From the human T2T-CHM13v2.0 reference genome, Homo sapiens: a stretch of 64,000 nt of DNA. A model generated the notes under the pieces. It did not search any database. It saw nothing but the letters and a program-made list of their open reading frames with translations, and was not told where the DNA came from. Numbering within the stretch: position 1 is the first letter of the stretch; every line of letters starts with the position of its first letter. Position numbers and translations under genes: made by a program. Below are positions 1 through 14,425 of this stretch, piece after piece. The DNA is taken from assembly GCF_009914755.1 (NCBI RefSeq), contig NC_060947.1; one strand, written 5' to 3'.

Positions 1-84
1 CAGACTCACACAGCCAACTGCCCAAGAATATTCCCTGAACTTGTCCGCCTTTTGGATATTCCCTAAACAGGACACGTCCTAAAT

Positions 85-267
85 CAGTGTTCTCAAAGCC
101 TGGTCCCTCACCAGCGGCATCAAAATCATGGAAGAACTTTGTAGAAATGCAAATTATCTGTGCCCTCCCCAGACCTCCCCAATTAGAAGCTTAAGGGTAA
201 AACGGTCATCTGCATATTAACAAGTTTTCCAGGAGATTCCAGTGGAGCTAAAGTTTGAGAACCACTG
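85..267. mobile_element. MER5-type hAT-Charlie MITE
   Basis: TIRs CAGTGTTCTCAAA / TTTGAGAACCACTG; 8-bp TSD TCCTAAAT (77-84) / TCCTATAT (268-275). Confidence 0.85.
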
Positions 268-287
268 TCCTATATCATGCCCAGCGT

Positions 288-895
288 TTACTCTGTGTAT
301 TTATAATGTTTTTAAAAAATTTCCATATTTTATGGATGCTTGAACATCTTGAGGTCCTTGGAAGGCCAGGGAGAGACTGCCCCTCCCAGGGCTAGCTAAT
401 TCCTAAAGATAGCAAATAACTTGTAAACTTGCTCCCTTGTGGATTTGTTGGATTGCTTTTCGTTATACAAACCAACTAATCCAAAGTCCGTATCCCCAAC
501 TACCTTCTTCATCTAACTGTTGTTACACCAAACCAATATTTCCCCCACCCTAACTTTTTCCCCTCACCCTAGGGCTTGGTACCAGACAACCAGAGACCAC
601 TTTTACAGCCAGGAAATTTTGGAAATTATTTGAACTATCCAGTCCTAAACTTGCTCAGACTTGCCTATTCTACCTCACTCATTTCTTTTCCTTGGAAACC
701 ACAATAAAGGGTTTGGGCTGTGCTTTCCTTTTCTGCCTGCTGACCGACTCTGGAACTTTTTTCCTGCATGGCTTTGCATGGCGTAGTATGTACTCTTCCC
801 TTGAGAACTGTGAGTAATCAAACTTCTTTTAATGGAATTGATCTCTCTATATTGTCATTCAGTCATTTCTGTAAAGCAAATCCCTGTGCAACTAA
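288..895 (+). mobile_element. ERVL-type solo LTR (MER74-like)
   Basis: Contains GAGACTGCCCCTCCCAGGGCTAGCTAATTCCT and an AATAAA near 702; resembles the recalled MER74/MER73 group. Confidence 0.6.
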
Positions 896-1930
896 AATAC
901 CCTGCCCCTCCCAACATAATCTAAGTCTTGGGTTCCCTACTTCGGTGAAGGTTTCTAGCTGTCCAAAAAGTAGAAACTTTACTTTTTCCTTTTGTATATT
1001 AATCCATTACTAGATAGCAAAGTCTATGTTTTTTTTTTTTTTTTTCAACTTGGAATCTATTAACCTCTTTCCCCCACTTATACCAATACTCCAGTTTAAG
1101 CCACCAGTGTGTTCAACTGGGCTTCAATAACTTAACGAAGGATATTTTTGCCTCAGTTTATGCCCTTCATTTCAATCCAATTTACCTTTTTAAATGAAGT
1201 CACTCCTCTGCTTAACACAGAACCTTTAGTGGTTTTTACCATTGTCATGCAAGTAAAAAAAAAAAAAATCTGACCCTTACTAACTTTCTAGCTTCATCTC
1301 TCCCAATTCAAACTCTAGGTTTACCAAGCAGCAATCCTCTCAAAATCACTTTCCCATGACTTCAGACTTGTGCACAGTATGTTGCCTGGCTTAGAGAATA
1401 CTCCTCATGTTTCCTTCCCCCTACCTGACCAACCCATCTCTTAGGTCTCCATTTAGATGTCAGGAGGAGCCTTTCTTCATGCCTTCAGGCTCAGCTATTC
1501 TATCATTCCGGGTTCTATCCTATCCCATTTCCTGCTATCTCCCTGACTTATTGGGGGTCCTATTTCTGTCAAAATCAGCAAAGGAAAGCGGGTAGGGGTT
1601 AGGGGAAGAAGGAACTGGGGGTGAGAAGGAAGACAATATGCATCAGGATAAAGGAATGAGCTGTTGGCATTCTTAGTTGAAACTCTGAAGGCATTTTCCA
1701 TGAGTGTAAACGCTATAATCACTTTCACAGATCACCTTCAAAAATACTGCCATGTTTGACCTCTTATTTAGTTGACATTGTTATCTAGATTGACATTTAT
1801 TGACCCATTTTGTTTTACTTAGTCTCAATGTAAGCAATGATATCTTAAAATCAACTGTTTATAGTACCGGCTATATTTGCCTAAAACACATTAAATAGAT
1901 TAAATTAAATTCACATAATTAGAATTTTAT

Positions 1931-2066
1931 GAGAGTGAGAAATTACTTAATGGGTACAATGCATCTTATTAAGGTGATGGATACCCTAAAAGGCCTGACG
2001 TGACCATTACACAATCTATGCATGTAACAAAATTATACTTGTACCTCATAAATTTATATAAATAAA
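1931..2066 (+). mobile_element. L1M (L1MA-like) 3' end fragment
   Basis: AATGGGTACAATG...CATGTAACAAAATTATACTTGTACCTCATAAATTTATATAAATAAAA is a typical L1MA 3' terminus. Confidence 0.75.
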
Positions 2067-3125
2067 ACAAATAAACTCAATGCCTCCCAAAATAAATACA
2101 TAATTGTCAGAGTTTGTAAAAGTATCAAGCCATGTGCCATGTAATAATATTCCATTTTCATTCTTCCAGTGGGAAGTAAACAATAAGGGAAAAATTATAG
2201 ATGACAGATAATGTATATAGGTATGTCATAAATTGAATTAGCCTAGGAAATTAATTATAATTTATATTTCTCCCTGTGGCAAATGTATTTCAAATACCAC
2301 ACATCTTAATTGTAAACTAAGTAAAAAAAAAAGACTACTTATAATCTAGAAGGCCCTTGATAATTGAAATACACTTAGCAATGAACAATCGAGTTTATTT
2401 TGCTGATTCACAATTCACAAGTAATCTTAAGGTCAGGTTTCTGATTGCTCATTCGTAGTTGTTTTCCAAAGTGTTGATAATCTAATTTTGTTTGTGCTCC
2501 AAATGATTCTTCCAATGCAAAAAGGTCCCAGCTGCTTTGCAAAGGTAGGTAGGTTTGCCTAAAAATCAAGAACGACATCACCCACAAGACATTTTCTTGT
2601 TAAGTTGCGAAGTAACTTTTAGTATATTTTCAGACTAGTGTTTTCCTAGACTAGTGTACCCCATGCATGATCTGAATCAGACTTGCTCTTAATCTTCCAT
2701 TAAAAACAAGACTTTCATTCTAGATATGAATTTTAGTCTGATATCTTATTCTTAAAGACTACTTTCTTATCACAAAGTTCTCACATCACCAATATCCAAA
2801 CCAAGACATTTAAGACAACATTCTCAGGGGTGATAAATGACTACAGTTTTTGCGCTTTTAAAATAGGCTTGGGAAATGACCTGTATTTTGCATTACGTGC
2901 ATCATAAACTTCTAATTGCTCTTACAGAGTGTTCTGTAAAAAAGAATATCCACCATTCTTTAAAAATACTATGGCATTAAGACTGAAGCCCTGAGAGATG
3001 TTAAGATAGACTATTTAAACTCTGTAGACTACATTTGGGAATGCTTCCAAGGTTAGCAGTGAAGAGTGACTCATCAGTGAAGGGCCGGAAGTTCTTTTCC
3101 TTTTGGTTTAATGTGGATCTCTCAA

Positions 3126-3433
3126 ACTACTTTCTAATATGGTAACCACTAGACACATATGGCTACTGAGCACTTGAAATGTGGCTGATCTGAACTGAGT
3201 TGCGCTGTAAGAGTAAAACTTACCAGATTTTAAATACTTAACGGAAAAAATCTAATTAATAACTTTTGTAACAATTACATGTTAAAATGACAATGTTTTG
3301 GGTATATTGGGTTATATACAACATACTGTTGAAATTAATTTCACTTCTTTATTTTTATTTTTTCAGTGTGCCTACTAGAGAAATTTAAATTACATATGTG
3401 GCTCACATTTTATTTCTACTGGGCAGAGCTGCT
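3126..3433. mobile_element. MER33 hAT-Charlie element
   Basis: TAATATGGTAACCACTAGACACATATGGCTACTGAGCACTTGAAATGTGGCT...TACATATGTGGCTCACATT matches the MER33 pattern. Confidence 0.8.
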
Positions 3434-4532
3434 GTAGTAAAATGAAGAGAACAAGAATAGCCCCACAGATATCTTAGTTTTCATTGTTACAAGCCAACAA
3501 TTTATTAGACAATTTTCTCTGACTTGAAATGACACAAAAATCTCAGAGAGATCCTGTGGTGTGAGCGTTTGGAGTCAGAGGCCTATTTTTCATGGACCAT
3601 TGTTCTGGTTTAGTTTAACAAATCTACTATAGTGTAATATAGTATAAACTATTTTTGCATTTTTGTTCATTTAGAAGTTTATGAAAGTCAGCAAGATGAG
3701 CATTTTTGTGATTGATGTATGATGCAATAAATTGCATTGCCAATTTAGAAATGTAATAATCTGAATTTTTGATCATCAAGTTTATGCATAATGTATTTTT
3801 GAGAGAAAATAAACACAAGCAAAGAATCAATAGCATTTCCCCAGCCCCCAATCCTCGGGGGAGATTCTCTCTCATTATATTTAATTTCCTCTTTGAATTA
3901 ACTCATTTTAAAAGACAGTAAAATAGGCTCAAATGTTTTAATTGTATTTCTGATTTTTTTCTGAAGTTAAGAGCAAAGTAGACTGAGTGAATTGACAGAT
4001 GGTAATGATTTTGCACACCATTTATTTCAGGACTAACGGCAAGTTCTATTAAAGTAGTTCCTCCTAAGGAGTTTATCTCAACCAGTGAATTTCCATTCAG
4101 CCTTTAACACTTGACTCAAATGCCACCTCCTCCTCTAAAAAGCCTTGCCTGGTCCTATTGGGCAGTTATCCACTGCATATTCTCCTAGAGCATTATGCCT
4201 TATATATATTTCTCTTATTGAATTTCTCCTCGCTGTCCCAAACTAGAGTGTGTGCTTCCTGACAACATGGCTGAAGTCAACCTGAGTCTTACTAATCTCT
4301 GTATTATCAATGACTAGTCCAGTGCCCAACATATAATAGACATCCAAAATGTGCATATATTCCAGGTTTCTCAATGAGATGGTATTAATATTGCCAAATA
4401 TTAGGTATAGTGTACTTAACAGTATGTCTAGTTAAAACATACATATATTCTACATATATGTAGTTTAAATTTCTCTAGTAGGCACAGTAAAAAAAAAGTA
4501 AAAATAAATGTATACATATATTCTACATATAT

Positions 4533-4536
<4 letters not shown>

Positions 4537-4563
<27 letters not shown>
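4537..4563. repeat. (TA)n microsatellite
   Basis: Direct TA run. Confidence 0.9.
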
Positions 4564-4567
<4 letters not shown>

Positions 4568-6227
4568 CATAGAAATATTTTAATGAGGAATTTGATGATG
4601 GCCAATTTTCAATGATTTAATAACCAAGTCAATTTTTAATTAGAGACAATTTATAAGTAAAAATTGACCTTGAAAAGTGTCTCACACACACACACACACA
4701 AAGACATAATGGAATAATAAAAGACCTTCTAGTCACCAAATTAAATATTTGTCTTCTAAATGCAATCACTTCGATTACGTTTGCTGAAAGGATTACCCAA
4801 GGCTCTTTTTTTGCTACAATTATTTAATTATACTCATGGTTTTGACTCATTTGTAAATGCCCATCTGAGGTTTTATTAATCCTGCTCATTACTATATGTT
4901 GACCCAGTCTATTGTGATCTCATCTCTAAGGTTTTATGAGCACAGCCTGATATTCATGAAATTTTCCAGGGGTTTGTAAAAATTTCTGGGTGATCATATT
5001 ATTAAAGGTAGTTATGTCTATTCTCGAAAATAAACATATCTTTTCATTACAATGCCAAATACATGATCGTGGGAGGGATCAAAGAAGTGTGTACATGATT
5101 TAGCTGCTCAACTGGTTTAATTACTCAACACTTTTAGCTATGAAGAGAGTTTAGACCATTATAATAGTCCTAGATTTTTTATTCTTATAATTTATATCCA
5201 TATTTAGAGCATTGGTTACTCATGTTGAAATATATAAAGGGTTGAAGAAGTTATAAGGGATCATATTTCTCCAGATTTTACTCCAGATGATCTTCAGAGT
5301 AAGTCAATTTGTAAACCGCATATAGAAAATCTAAAAGTGGAAATTTTTATTGCCTCCGTATTACAGAGGAGAAAATGGTGGCACACAGTTTAAGTAATTT
5401 GCCAGGGTCATAAAGGTAGCTGGTAAAGACTTGGAGGGGGTTTAAACCCAAGCTCTGTAGCTATAGAATCTTCCAACTGGATACTAGACAAAACAAAAGT
5501 TCCCAGAGCTTCGCTGCACATTAGATTGAGCTGAGTAGTTTGTAAGAATTATGATGCCCAAGTCCCACAGAACACCAATAAAATAAAACTCTCAGGAAAT
5601 CTTGTGAAAACCAAAGTTTCAAAAGAATGAAACTTTACTCAATTGATGCTCAAAGTGTATTTTGTTAAGATGTACTTGAAAATGTCATTTGAGCCTCTCT
5701 TATCTGATTGTTTACAGAGCAAAAAGAAAAAAAATAGCTAACTTCTGATAAAACCCAAAAACTATGAAGAATTCCCCATGCCTCGTCATAAAAGTAGCTT
5801 TTTCCTCGACTTTATAGATTTTATTTGATTTTAAATTTTAGTCCACATTTTCATGTGTATTTGGCCCTCAAACCAAGCATGTAATTTAAAAAATTGTTAA
5901 CTCATACTTTTTCTTATGTAATTAGAGTTAAAAATCATTGTTAAAGTGAAAAAAATAAAACGTTTGTCTATATAATGAATATTATTGTAAAGCATATTAA
6001 ATGTTAAATAAAATCCTAATTAATATACTAATATAAGCTCTTATAAAGTTCAAATAATTAAACAATATTTATATTATCAACATTTCATAAGATAAAACAC
6101 ACTAAATAATTAAAAGCTCTTCCACCATGCAAAAATGACTAAACGATTTTTTAATTTCTAAAGCTTTTTGAGATTACTGTGAAAGGGGACATAGTTTCAG
6201 GAAAGGTGAGTAAACACTATATTAGAC

Positions 6228-6453
6228 TAGCATTTCTCAATTTTTATACTACTGACATTTTGGCCTAAATAATTCCTTGTGGAGGGCTATCCTATGCATT
6301 GTAGGATATTTTATACCATATCTGGCCTCTACCCACTAGACTTCAGTTGTATCTCCAATCCAGTAATAATAATTAAAAATGCCTCCAGATATTGCTAAAT
6401 GTCCACTTGGTGGAGGTAAAAATATCCCCCGCCCCCCATTTTGAGAACCATTG
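6228..6453. mobile_element. MER20 hAT-Charlie element
   Basis: CTGACATTTTGG...TATCCTATGCATTGTAGGAT...CTGGCCTCTACCCACTAGA...CCAGATATTGCTAAATGTCC...TTGAGAACCATTG. Confidence 0.85.
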
Positions 6454-8983
6454 CAATAGACAAATTAGCTCAGAGTTATGTCATCTCTAAACAACTTAGC
6501 ATAAACAAACTAGAGAAGCCCTTTCGACTTCTGGTCTGAAGAATTCTGCGTGTCTATAATACAAGTTTAATTGATATGTACCTAAGTTATTATCAGCTGA
6601 TATAACAATTTGTGATGCTTTCTGAATCATCAAAAAAATGTTGTTTGAATGCTTAAGATGCTTAATGTGTTTTGTAATACAGTATACTAAAAACCTTGGA
6701 AATCATTAATTAACTGAAGCCATATAATTTTGATAGTTTGGTTACTGGGCACTTTAATCTAATCTGTAAATCTTCCAATAGATTTCCAAACTCAGAATTT
6801 TCATCCTGCTCTGATTGGTTAATCTTTGGTGGGATTTACCATTTATCCATTGCATTATAATTATTTGCTGTGCCTTATCATATAAAGACAAAATTGGGTG
6901 TGGAGTAGTTGCCCATACTTTCCAGGGCATATCATTGAGACCCACACTCAGTAGGTTATTATGTTCTTTAATGGTTTACACATTGAAGGGAAGTTTCACC
7001 TTTCCTGAAACTATACCCCCTTTCACAGTAATCTCAAAAAGCCTTAGAAATTAACAATTTATTTAGTCATTTTTGCACGGTGGAAGAGTTTTTAATTATT
7101 TAATGTGTTTATCGTATTATAAAACATTGATCATATAAATATTGTTTAATTATTTGTACTTTATAATAGCTTACATTAGTATATTAGGATTTTTATAACA
7201 TTTAATATGCTTTATAGTAGTATTTGTTATGTAGACAAATGATTCAAATATTTGCCTCATTGTTAAAAGCTCACTTAAATGTTTTGACATAAGCTCACAT
7301 AATTTGAAAATATTAAGAATTTGAAGCTATAGAATTTGAAAACATTAATGCATTGAATTCCATATGGAAGAAAGTCTGTTTAGTTGAGGGACTTCAATAT
7401 GCTTCCATTTTCCACTTCTGAAGATCTGTTTCGGCTCATGGTAAATATTACATCTTTACCCTCGCTCCCCAAATGCTTCAGATGGATTAAGCACCATTCT
7501 TTTTGTGTGGGGGAGCTGGAGAGAGAAATAGATGAATATCTTCCACACCCTTGATTCCATCCTAACAAGTACCAATAAATAGCAACTTCTCACCTCCTCT
7601 ATAGAGGTTGTCTTCAATTAAAAATACACTAGAGAGATTATAACCATAGAAAGGACATTGAGTAGTGCTTTCGGCTAATTGGCAGTACATTCCTTCCAAA
7701 ATTTCAGAGGTACCTCAATTTAATGACTCCCCTGAATAAAGTAATTGGTTGAAATTTACTTTGCAGTTCTTAATATAACTTTGGGCCCATCATTAGCAAG
7801 AACTCTAAAAAGGAAAAACAAAAACAAAACTGGGGTCAGTATATATTTAAATGAAGCACAAGGAAAAAAGGTATTTCACTTTCAAAGGACCTATGCTGTT
7901 TTTTTTTTTTTGAAGATTGCAACTCATCTATTTTATAATATAATGACAATAATATTGCCTCTGAGTTAACTGTGTAATAATTCACTTTGGGTACTGCAAT
8001 AATTGAGCAAACAGAAGCTGGTACCAGAGGCATTCCTTTCTTTTATTTAGTGTAATATTTTTTCATAATTTAATGAGAAACATTTCAAAAGCAACGTTTT
8101 TATCCTTTCATGTTAAATTAATTTACAATGCTATAAGCTATAATAAAATGAGAGAAACCATCAGCAAAAAGCAAAAGTTAATAAAGACAGATATTCTTAA
8201 AGTTTCAAGGACTGAAAAAAGCTCAAATCACAAAAGTATTTGGTTTCTCCTTTTTTTGTGGCTTGGTTCAATTTGTCATAATTTGTTCTCAATTATTTTG
8301 TACTTACAGCTAGCATAACATAATATTGATGAAGGAGAAAAGATGCATTACTGAAAGTAAACATACATAATTAAAATCACCTAAGAAACAACAAAACTTT
8401 GCGATGTACTTCAGTAAACTACTCTAAGATTTATACAAAGAAGGCTATGATGTAATTTAACATGTACTGGTATAAACTTCTTTGGGCAAAATTCAAAATT
8501 TCAAGCGATGATGAATAAAGCATAAGGAAAGTTCATGTTATTGGAATGGAGTTCTCTGTTTAAGCATATTATGGACACTCCAATTTGACAGATACTACTC
8601 TGATACAGCTTAATAAATTTGTATTCAGCTGCTGAAACACTAACGAGAATTGAGAAGACCTGGGCTGTTGGACCTTTGAAGTCCAGAGATTTCAACTCTC
8701 AGAACCTGGTTTTCATCTTTAATTGATAGAATTGGACAACCTCAAGAAGAGAGTAGTTTCACTTGGAGTGATGGTGCTGGGCTGCTCATGAGGATTCTGC
8801 AGGTTAAATGCAGTCAAGCACTATAGCACGGTATCAGGTTATTTGCTATCCATAGACTAGATAATAGCAAAAGTCCTTGCAAATTTCAAAGTTCTATGAC
8901 TCAGTGAGAACATTTATTATTTAGCCAGCAAGTAAGCACATAGCCCACTATTCAGCATGTGTCTGTACATATAACATCCTAGA

Positions 8984-9130
8984 GCCCTACTACTCAAAGT
9001 GTGCGCCAGAGACTGACAGCAGCAGCATCACCTGGGACCTACTGAATCAGCATCTCTGGGGTTGGGGCTAAGTAATCTATGTTTTAACAAGCTCTCCAGG
9101 CAATTGCTATGCATATTAAGAGAAGCACTG
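8984..9130. mobile_element. MER5A/MER5A1 MITE
   Basis: CTACTCAAAGTGTG...CAGCAGCATCACCTGGGA...CTACTGAATCAG...TTTTAACAAGCTCTCCAGG...GAGAAGCACTG. Confidence 0.8.
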
Positions 9131-10268
9131 ATTCAGAGCATTGTGAGAACATAGAAGATATTCTAGGCTTTGCCTCAAGAACTTTAGTTTTGGATAAAAT
9201 AGATGTAAAACAACTTAGCAAAATCTTTCATAATGAAGTAATATCTGTAGGTCATTCATTCAACAAATATTGAGAACCTACTATTTGTTAGGCATTGTGT
9301 TAGTGGCTGGGGTTATAATAGTTCTGCTTTTGTGACGCTTACAATCTAGTGAAGTATACCCAAATAAACAAATATATAAATTTTAAAAATACGGTTTTTA
9401 AAAAATACTATGCAGGAAATAATAATGGTGCTATGAAAACAAAGAACAGAAATGGCTTTGAGGGGTGGAGAGTGATACATTTAACTTTATTTTAAATTGT
9501 TAATAATAATATGTTAAGATTTAGTTAGTTGATAAATCAGCAAATACCAACTGCATGCATGCTCTGCACCCAGATAAGCATCTTGTGGAATATAAGAGTA
9601 TGCCCTGGAGGAGTTTATAATCAGTTGGAAAGATAAGATTTAATCACCAACTATAATCAGTATGGTGTCCGCAGTAGACCACTTTAGAATGGCCCTTTGT
9701 TGAAACTCTCTCCTCTCTGCTTCTTACTTAATAAGCTTTTCTGGTTTTCCAATTCCTGGTTTTCTAATTCACTGTGCAAGACAAATTTTAAAAAGAGAAA
9801 TCAATGTTGGCTGAAATTAATGCAGAATGTTCTGTGGAAGAAGAATTCAAGATGGGTCTTGAAGCAGTAGTAGAATGTATAAAGGTGAAGATAAATAAGG
9901 AAGTCATTTTAAGAATACCACTATTGTTAGTATTAATAATAACTCCAATCATTTTATTTCTAATAACTGGTACTGTCATGAAAGATGATCTGTTAATACC
10001 ACATATCAGAAGGGTTTTAGTTCAGCCCCAGACATGATACATTGTGTTTATAAGTTTTCTTTCATTACTTTGGCAAACAACGTCTTTTGATTTTAACCTT
10101 CCTTTCAATGACTAAGGGGGACTCTAATAAGTATCTAGGTAGAATTGTCAAAGAAGATGAGTCAGTATTTACATATTGACTGTTACAAGCACTACACAAA
10201 TGGTTGTTACATAACATACTTGAAATGAAATTAGAGTTACCTACGCAAATATATGTGTGTGTATCTTG

Positions 10269-10584
10269 TTTTTTTTTTTTTAATTGAGAGAGAGAGGGTC
10301 TCATTCTGTCACCTAGACTGGAGTACAGTAGCATAGTCACAGCTCCCTGCAGCCTTGCAGCCTTGACCTCCCAGGCTCAAGCAATCCTCCTGCCTCAGCG
10401 TCCTGAGTAGCTGGGATTACAGAGGTGTTCCACCACATCCAACTATTTTTTAAAAAATTTTTTTGGTAGAGACGGAGTCTTGCTATGGTTCCCAGACTGG
10501 TCTCGAACTCCTGGGCTCAAGCGATTCTCCTGCCTTAGCCTCCCAAATTGCTGGGATTACAGTCGTGAGCCACCTTGCCTGGCT
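10269..10584 (-). mobile_element. AluJ SINE
   Basis: Poly-T followed by a reverse Alu dimer with AluJ diagnostics (GGGTCTC, CTGCAGCCTTGACCTCCCAGGCTCAAG). Confidence 0.92.
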
Positions 10585-12091
10585 GTGTGTATATCTTTTA
10601 ATGTTAAACTTTTACAGTAGAAATACTCACTATTTGCTTTTCAATTGCTTGCTCTGAAGAGCACAATGCTTTACTGAACAGAGATCAAAAACCCACCTAG
10701 TTAAACAGGAAATAAGACTAATAAAAATATTTAATGGTCTTATTTAACAACTATAGAATAAAACTGAAAACAGTACAGTGAAATAAAGAAAATTCCTTTG
10801 TACCAATGTCACTGCATGATATCGGTACTAAACAAATTGTTCTCAGGAGCTACAAGTCATATTCAGGTGGTCAGAAACTTTACCTTACACAATGAGAAAT
10901 GTAGTATCTGAAATATCTGCAACTAGTTAGGTTTAAGAAAAGAAAACTCTTACCATTGGGGGAAAATAAATCCTTTTAGAAATAGGATTGAACTGTCAAT
11001 AAAGCTGTTTATAATAAATTCTTATAAAGTTTAACATGAAAGGACTGTAAAAACAGATGTTATTCAAAAGAAAATCACATCTGATTTTTATTGCTACAGC
11101 CTCTCACTGACTTTTGTCTCATTTTTCATGGAGGCTTTTAAGTTTTAACAAAATACAAAATTGAAGAGCTTTTTAAAAGAAGAGATTTATGCGATGTATA
11201 GAAAGATTTTCTGGAGTTATAAAATCCTGATCACCAGATATACTTAGGAAATGATTAAGAAGGCTGAATGGTAAACATAGACTCTAGAAATGTAATTATC
11301 ATTTTCTCTCTTCTTTTAATTATTAAAAATCTTGCATTTAAGGTCTGAAGTTTGCCAGACTAATCCAAATTTACTAGTGAGAGGCATCCTTGAATTCTCC
11401 TTAATCTGTTTAGTTACTTAAAATGTTTAAGACTTTCTAATCAAGAGAAGCCTACAGTCTCGAAGGCATAATGTTCTCTCCGAAACCAATTTAACTTTAG
11501 GTTATTTAATTGGAACTCCAAAGAATTAGAAGTTCATTCTATTTCCTTGGCATTCTTCACAGCACCTGGCACAGTGTTAAGTACATATTAGATGCTCAAT
11601 AAATATTTTTGAAGGAGTGAACATTGCTTAAGAGGGAAATAAGAGGAACTATTAAGATAGAAGATATTTAAATTCCTAAAATTATTTCTTCCCTATTCAT
11701 GGAGAGGATATGATTAGAAAGACAATTGTATATAGTTTTAATAAAATCTATTTATTTTGGTTTTGTTTAATGCAATTCCACAAGCTTTTACTGAGTTTGC
11801 ACTATCTTGACACTGAAATGCTGAAGACATTTTAAAAATTACAGAATCACTCAAGAAGCTTAAAGTTTAGTGGTGTGTTAATTTGCAGATGATTTGATTC
11901 TGCTTTTAACTTGTTTAAGGACAGTGATCTCTGTTTAATGCCACACTGAAAGTACTATGTGTTCATAATAAACAATTTCTGAATGATCTTATGAGCTCAT
12001 TAGTATGTCTCATGTGGTTTATTGCTTTAAAATCTCATAATCAACTATGGTCATTTTTTTCTGCACTAGAATGTAGGTCACTGAGCTCAAA

Positions 12092-12392
12092 TTTATTTCT
12101 TATTTTTTTTTGATAGGGTCTCACTCTGTCATCCAGGCTGGAGTGCAGTTGTGCCATTATGGCTCACTGCAGCCTCGACTTCCTGGGTTCACGTGATCCT
12201 TCTACCTCAGGCTCCCGAGTAGCTGGGACTACAGGCACATGCCACCATGCGCAGGTACTCTTTTTGCATTTTTTGTAGAGATGGGGTTTCACCATGTTGC
12301 CCAGGCTGATCTCAAACTCCTGGACTCAAGTGATCTGCCTGCCTCAGCTTCCCAAATCCTTGGGATTACAGGCATGAGCCATCGCACCCCAA
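12092..12392 (-). mobile_element. AluJ SINE
   Basis: Reverse Alu: GGCTCACTGCAGCCTCGACTTCCTGGG...GGGATTACAGGCATGAGCC. Confidence 0.92.
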
Positions 12393-12696
12393 GTGTATTT
12401 CTATACCTTACAAAGTACCTTACACAGTAACTAACCAGCAAATGGCAGATACTCCAGTCATAGATGAATGGATATGAATCTACTGTTGAATACTAATAGA
12501 AATTGTAACGGCACAGTTACATTTCTGAACCAATTCTAGAGGTTATACATTCAAAGAAGGAGTATTATTATTAGGTGCCTAAAATTGTTAGTAAAATAGA
12601 CCTCTTACTATATTTATCTGGATTCTTATATCATGCAAGAAAATATCAATAAACAAGCATGCCAACTATGGTTTTTTTTTTTTTTTTTTTTTTTTG

Positions 12697-13197
12697 GTAT
12701 CCCTCCAGATCCAGATCCATTTTCCCTTCTTTTTCCACCTTCCAGGGGGCTGACTTGGATTACATCATTAGACTCCTATGCCCTATGGTTTTCTGTTTGG
12801 GTTTGACCAAGGAGAGGACTAGCAAACCACTGCAGAGAAGGGAGAGTCTTGGGTCAGAGTATTGATTCCCTTCATCTCTTTTTCCCTGAGTATCATTTCG
12901 AGGCAAATTCTGTCCTTAAGAGAAAGCCACTGCTCCTCCCAAGGCATTAAAATCTGCATGATGTTTTTTTTTTTTTTCTTTTTTTCTGGGCTCTGAGAAA
13001 CCTCTCTCCCCAACAACGGCTTCAGGTCTAGGAGAGGTGACAGCTCTGCTGCTGCTAGTCCTAGAGTCTTGTGCTATCTTGTGAGATTTCCCTACACCCT
13101 GCCCAATCCTGAGTATGTAGTGCCTTGTAAATAAAGACTCCTCAACTTACCCTAATCTGAATGTGCCATCTGTTTCTTGTTGGGACTCTGACTGACT
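12697..13197 (+). mobile_element. ERVL solo LTR (LTR33-like)
   Basis: GGGTTTGACCAA..., GTAAATAAA...TGAATGTGCCATCTGTTTCTTG...CTGACTGA 3' end typical of LTR33. Confidence 0.65.
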
Positions 13198-14263
13198 GAG
13201 ATATCAACACAAATACAATCATGAAACAGGACACAAATTCAGCACTTCACAGAGTTATTGCGGTACTATGTTAATGGGCATGAAAGTTATCAGTAAACTG
13301 TAAGTGCCATACCGATGTTGATTGCTATCATTTAGCACAAACTATGAAAAGTTCAGACTATGTCCATACACAGGTGTCTCAACACAAAACCAGTTGACAT
13401 GGTCTAACTTGATATAGGATTGATGTGGCTGTACTGTAACAGTTGTCCAATAATCATGTTGTAAATAAGTTTTTAATATATTAACAGCATACTATATTGA
13501 TACATATGTAATCACAGTGTTATCAGACTTATCCAGTGTTAATATGGCTGACCATAGACAAGGTCTCAATATTCCATTATCCGCCAGTCTGTTCCAGATC
13601 GTGGGCCACTTGTACATGTTCCTAGTTCGGAATCAATTAAGAGACTAGCTCTGTGAAGAGACGGGAAGCATAACCTTTTTCTGAGTTATAAGTATAAAGT
13701 CAGCCCTGCATTCTTTTACCCTGATTGGGGCTGAGCTACATTACAAATCTCCTTTGTCTCTTCAAGCTTAGGGGAGCTTGCAGGAAATTTTCTGTTAAGA
13801 ATTTATGTTTTTATGAAAAACAATGATACTGAGACACAGAGTGTATGCTACGAAAAAAATAAATACTTTTAGGGTAAAAAAGGAAAAAGGTGGTATTAAA
13901 ATAAATTTTCCCAAATACTGCTCTTTATATATTTCGTTAGTGACATCTACACAATAACCATATTTTGGGAAGCAATTAAACACCTCACATGGACAAAAAT
14001 CATATCGGTTTCTTACTATTTGGGCTGGCAGTACCTTATAAAAAGAAAAAAGCATCAAGGCACTGTAGTATGATATTTTTGAGGATGTTTTTCCTATAAA
14101 AATCTTCAAATGAGCTGCAAATGGACCCAAACAGACTTATTTTAATATACTCTAGGACCATATATAATAAAAGGTCCTATACTATTTTATAGAAATGGCT
14201 TCTGTTGCCTTAGATGAGGTTTACACATAAATCTTTTAACTTTTAGTGCTGCTTGTTTCACTT

Positions 14264-14425
14264 CTGGTGGATTCTTTTTACAACAATGCCCTGCCAAGCA
14301 GTTAATACTACTTCATAAAGGAAGACGCCACTCCTTGACCTTCACGTTTGTGACCCATAATGCAAGGTGCTTCCATCATCTCTATCTTTTCTAGATATCA
14401 CCCTTCCTTGGAAGTGCAGACAAGT
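14264..14425. repeat. 162-bp local direct repeat, copy 1
   Basis: Ungapped match to 15999-16160; 20 mismatches counted by eye (~88% identity). Confidence 0.95.
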
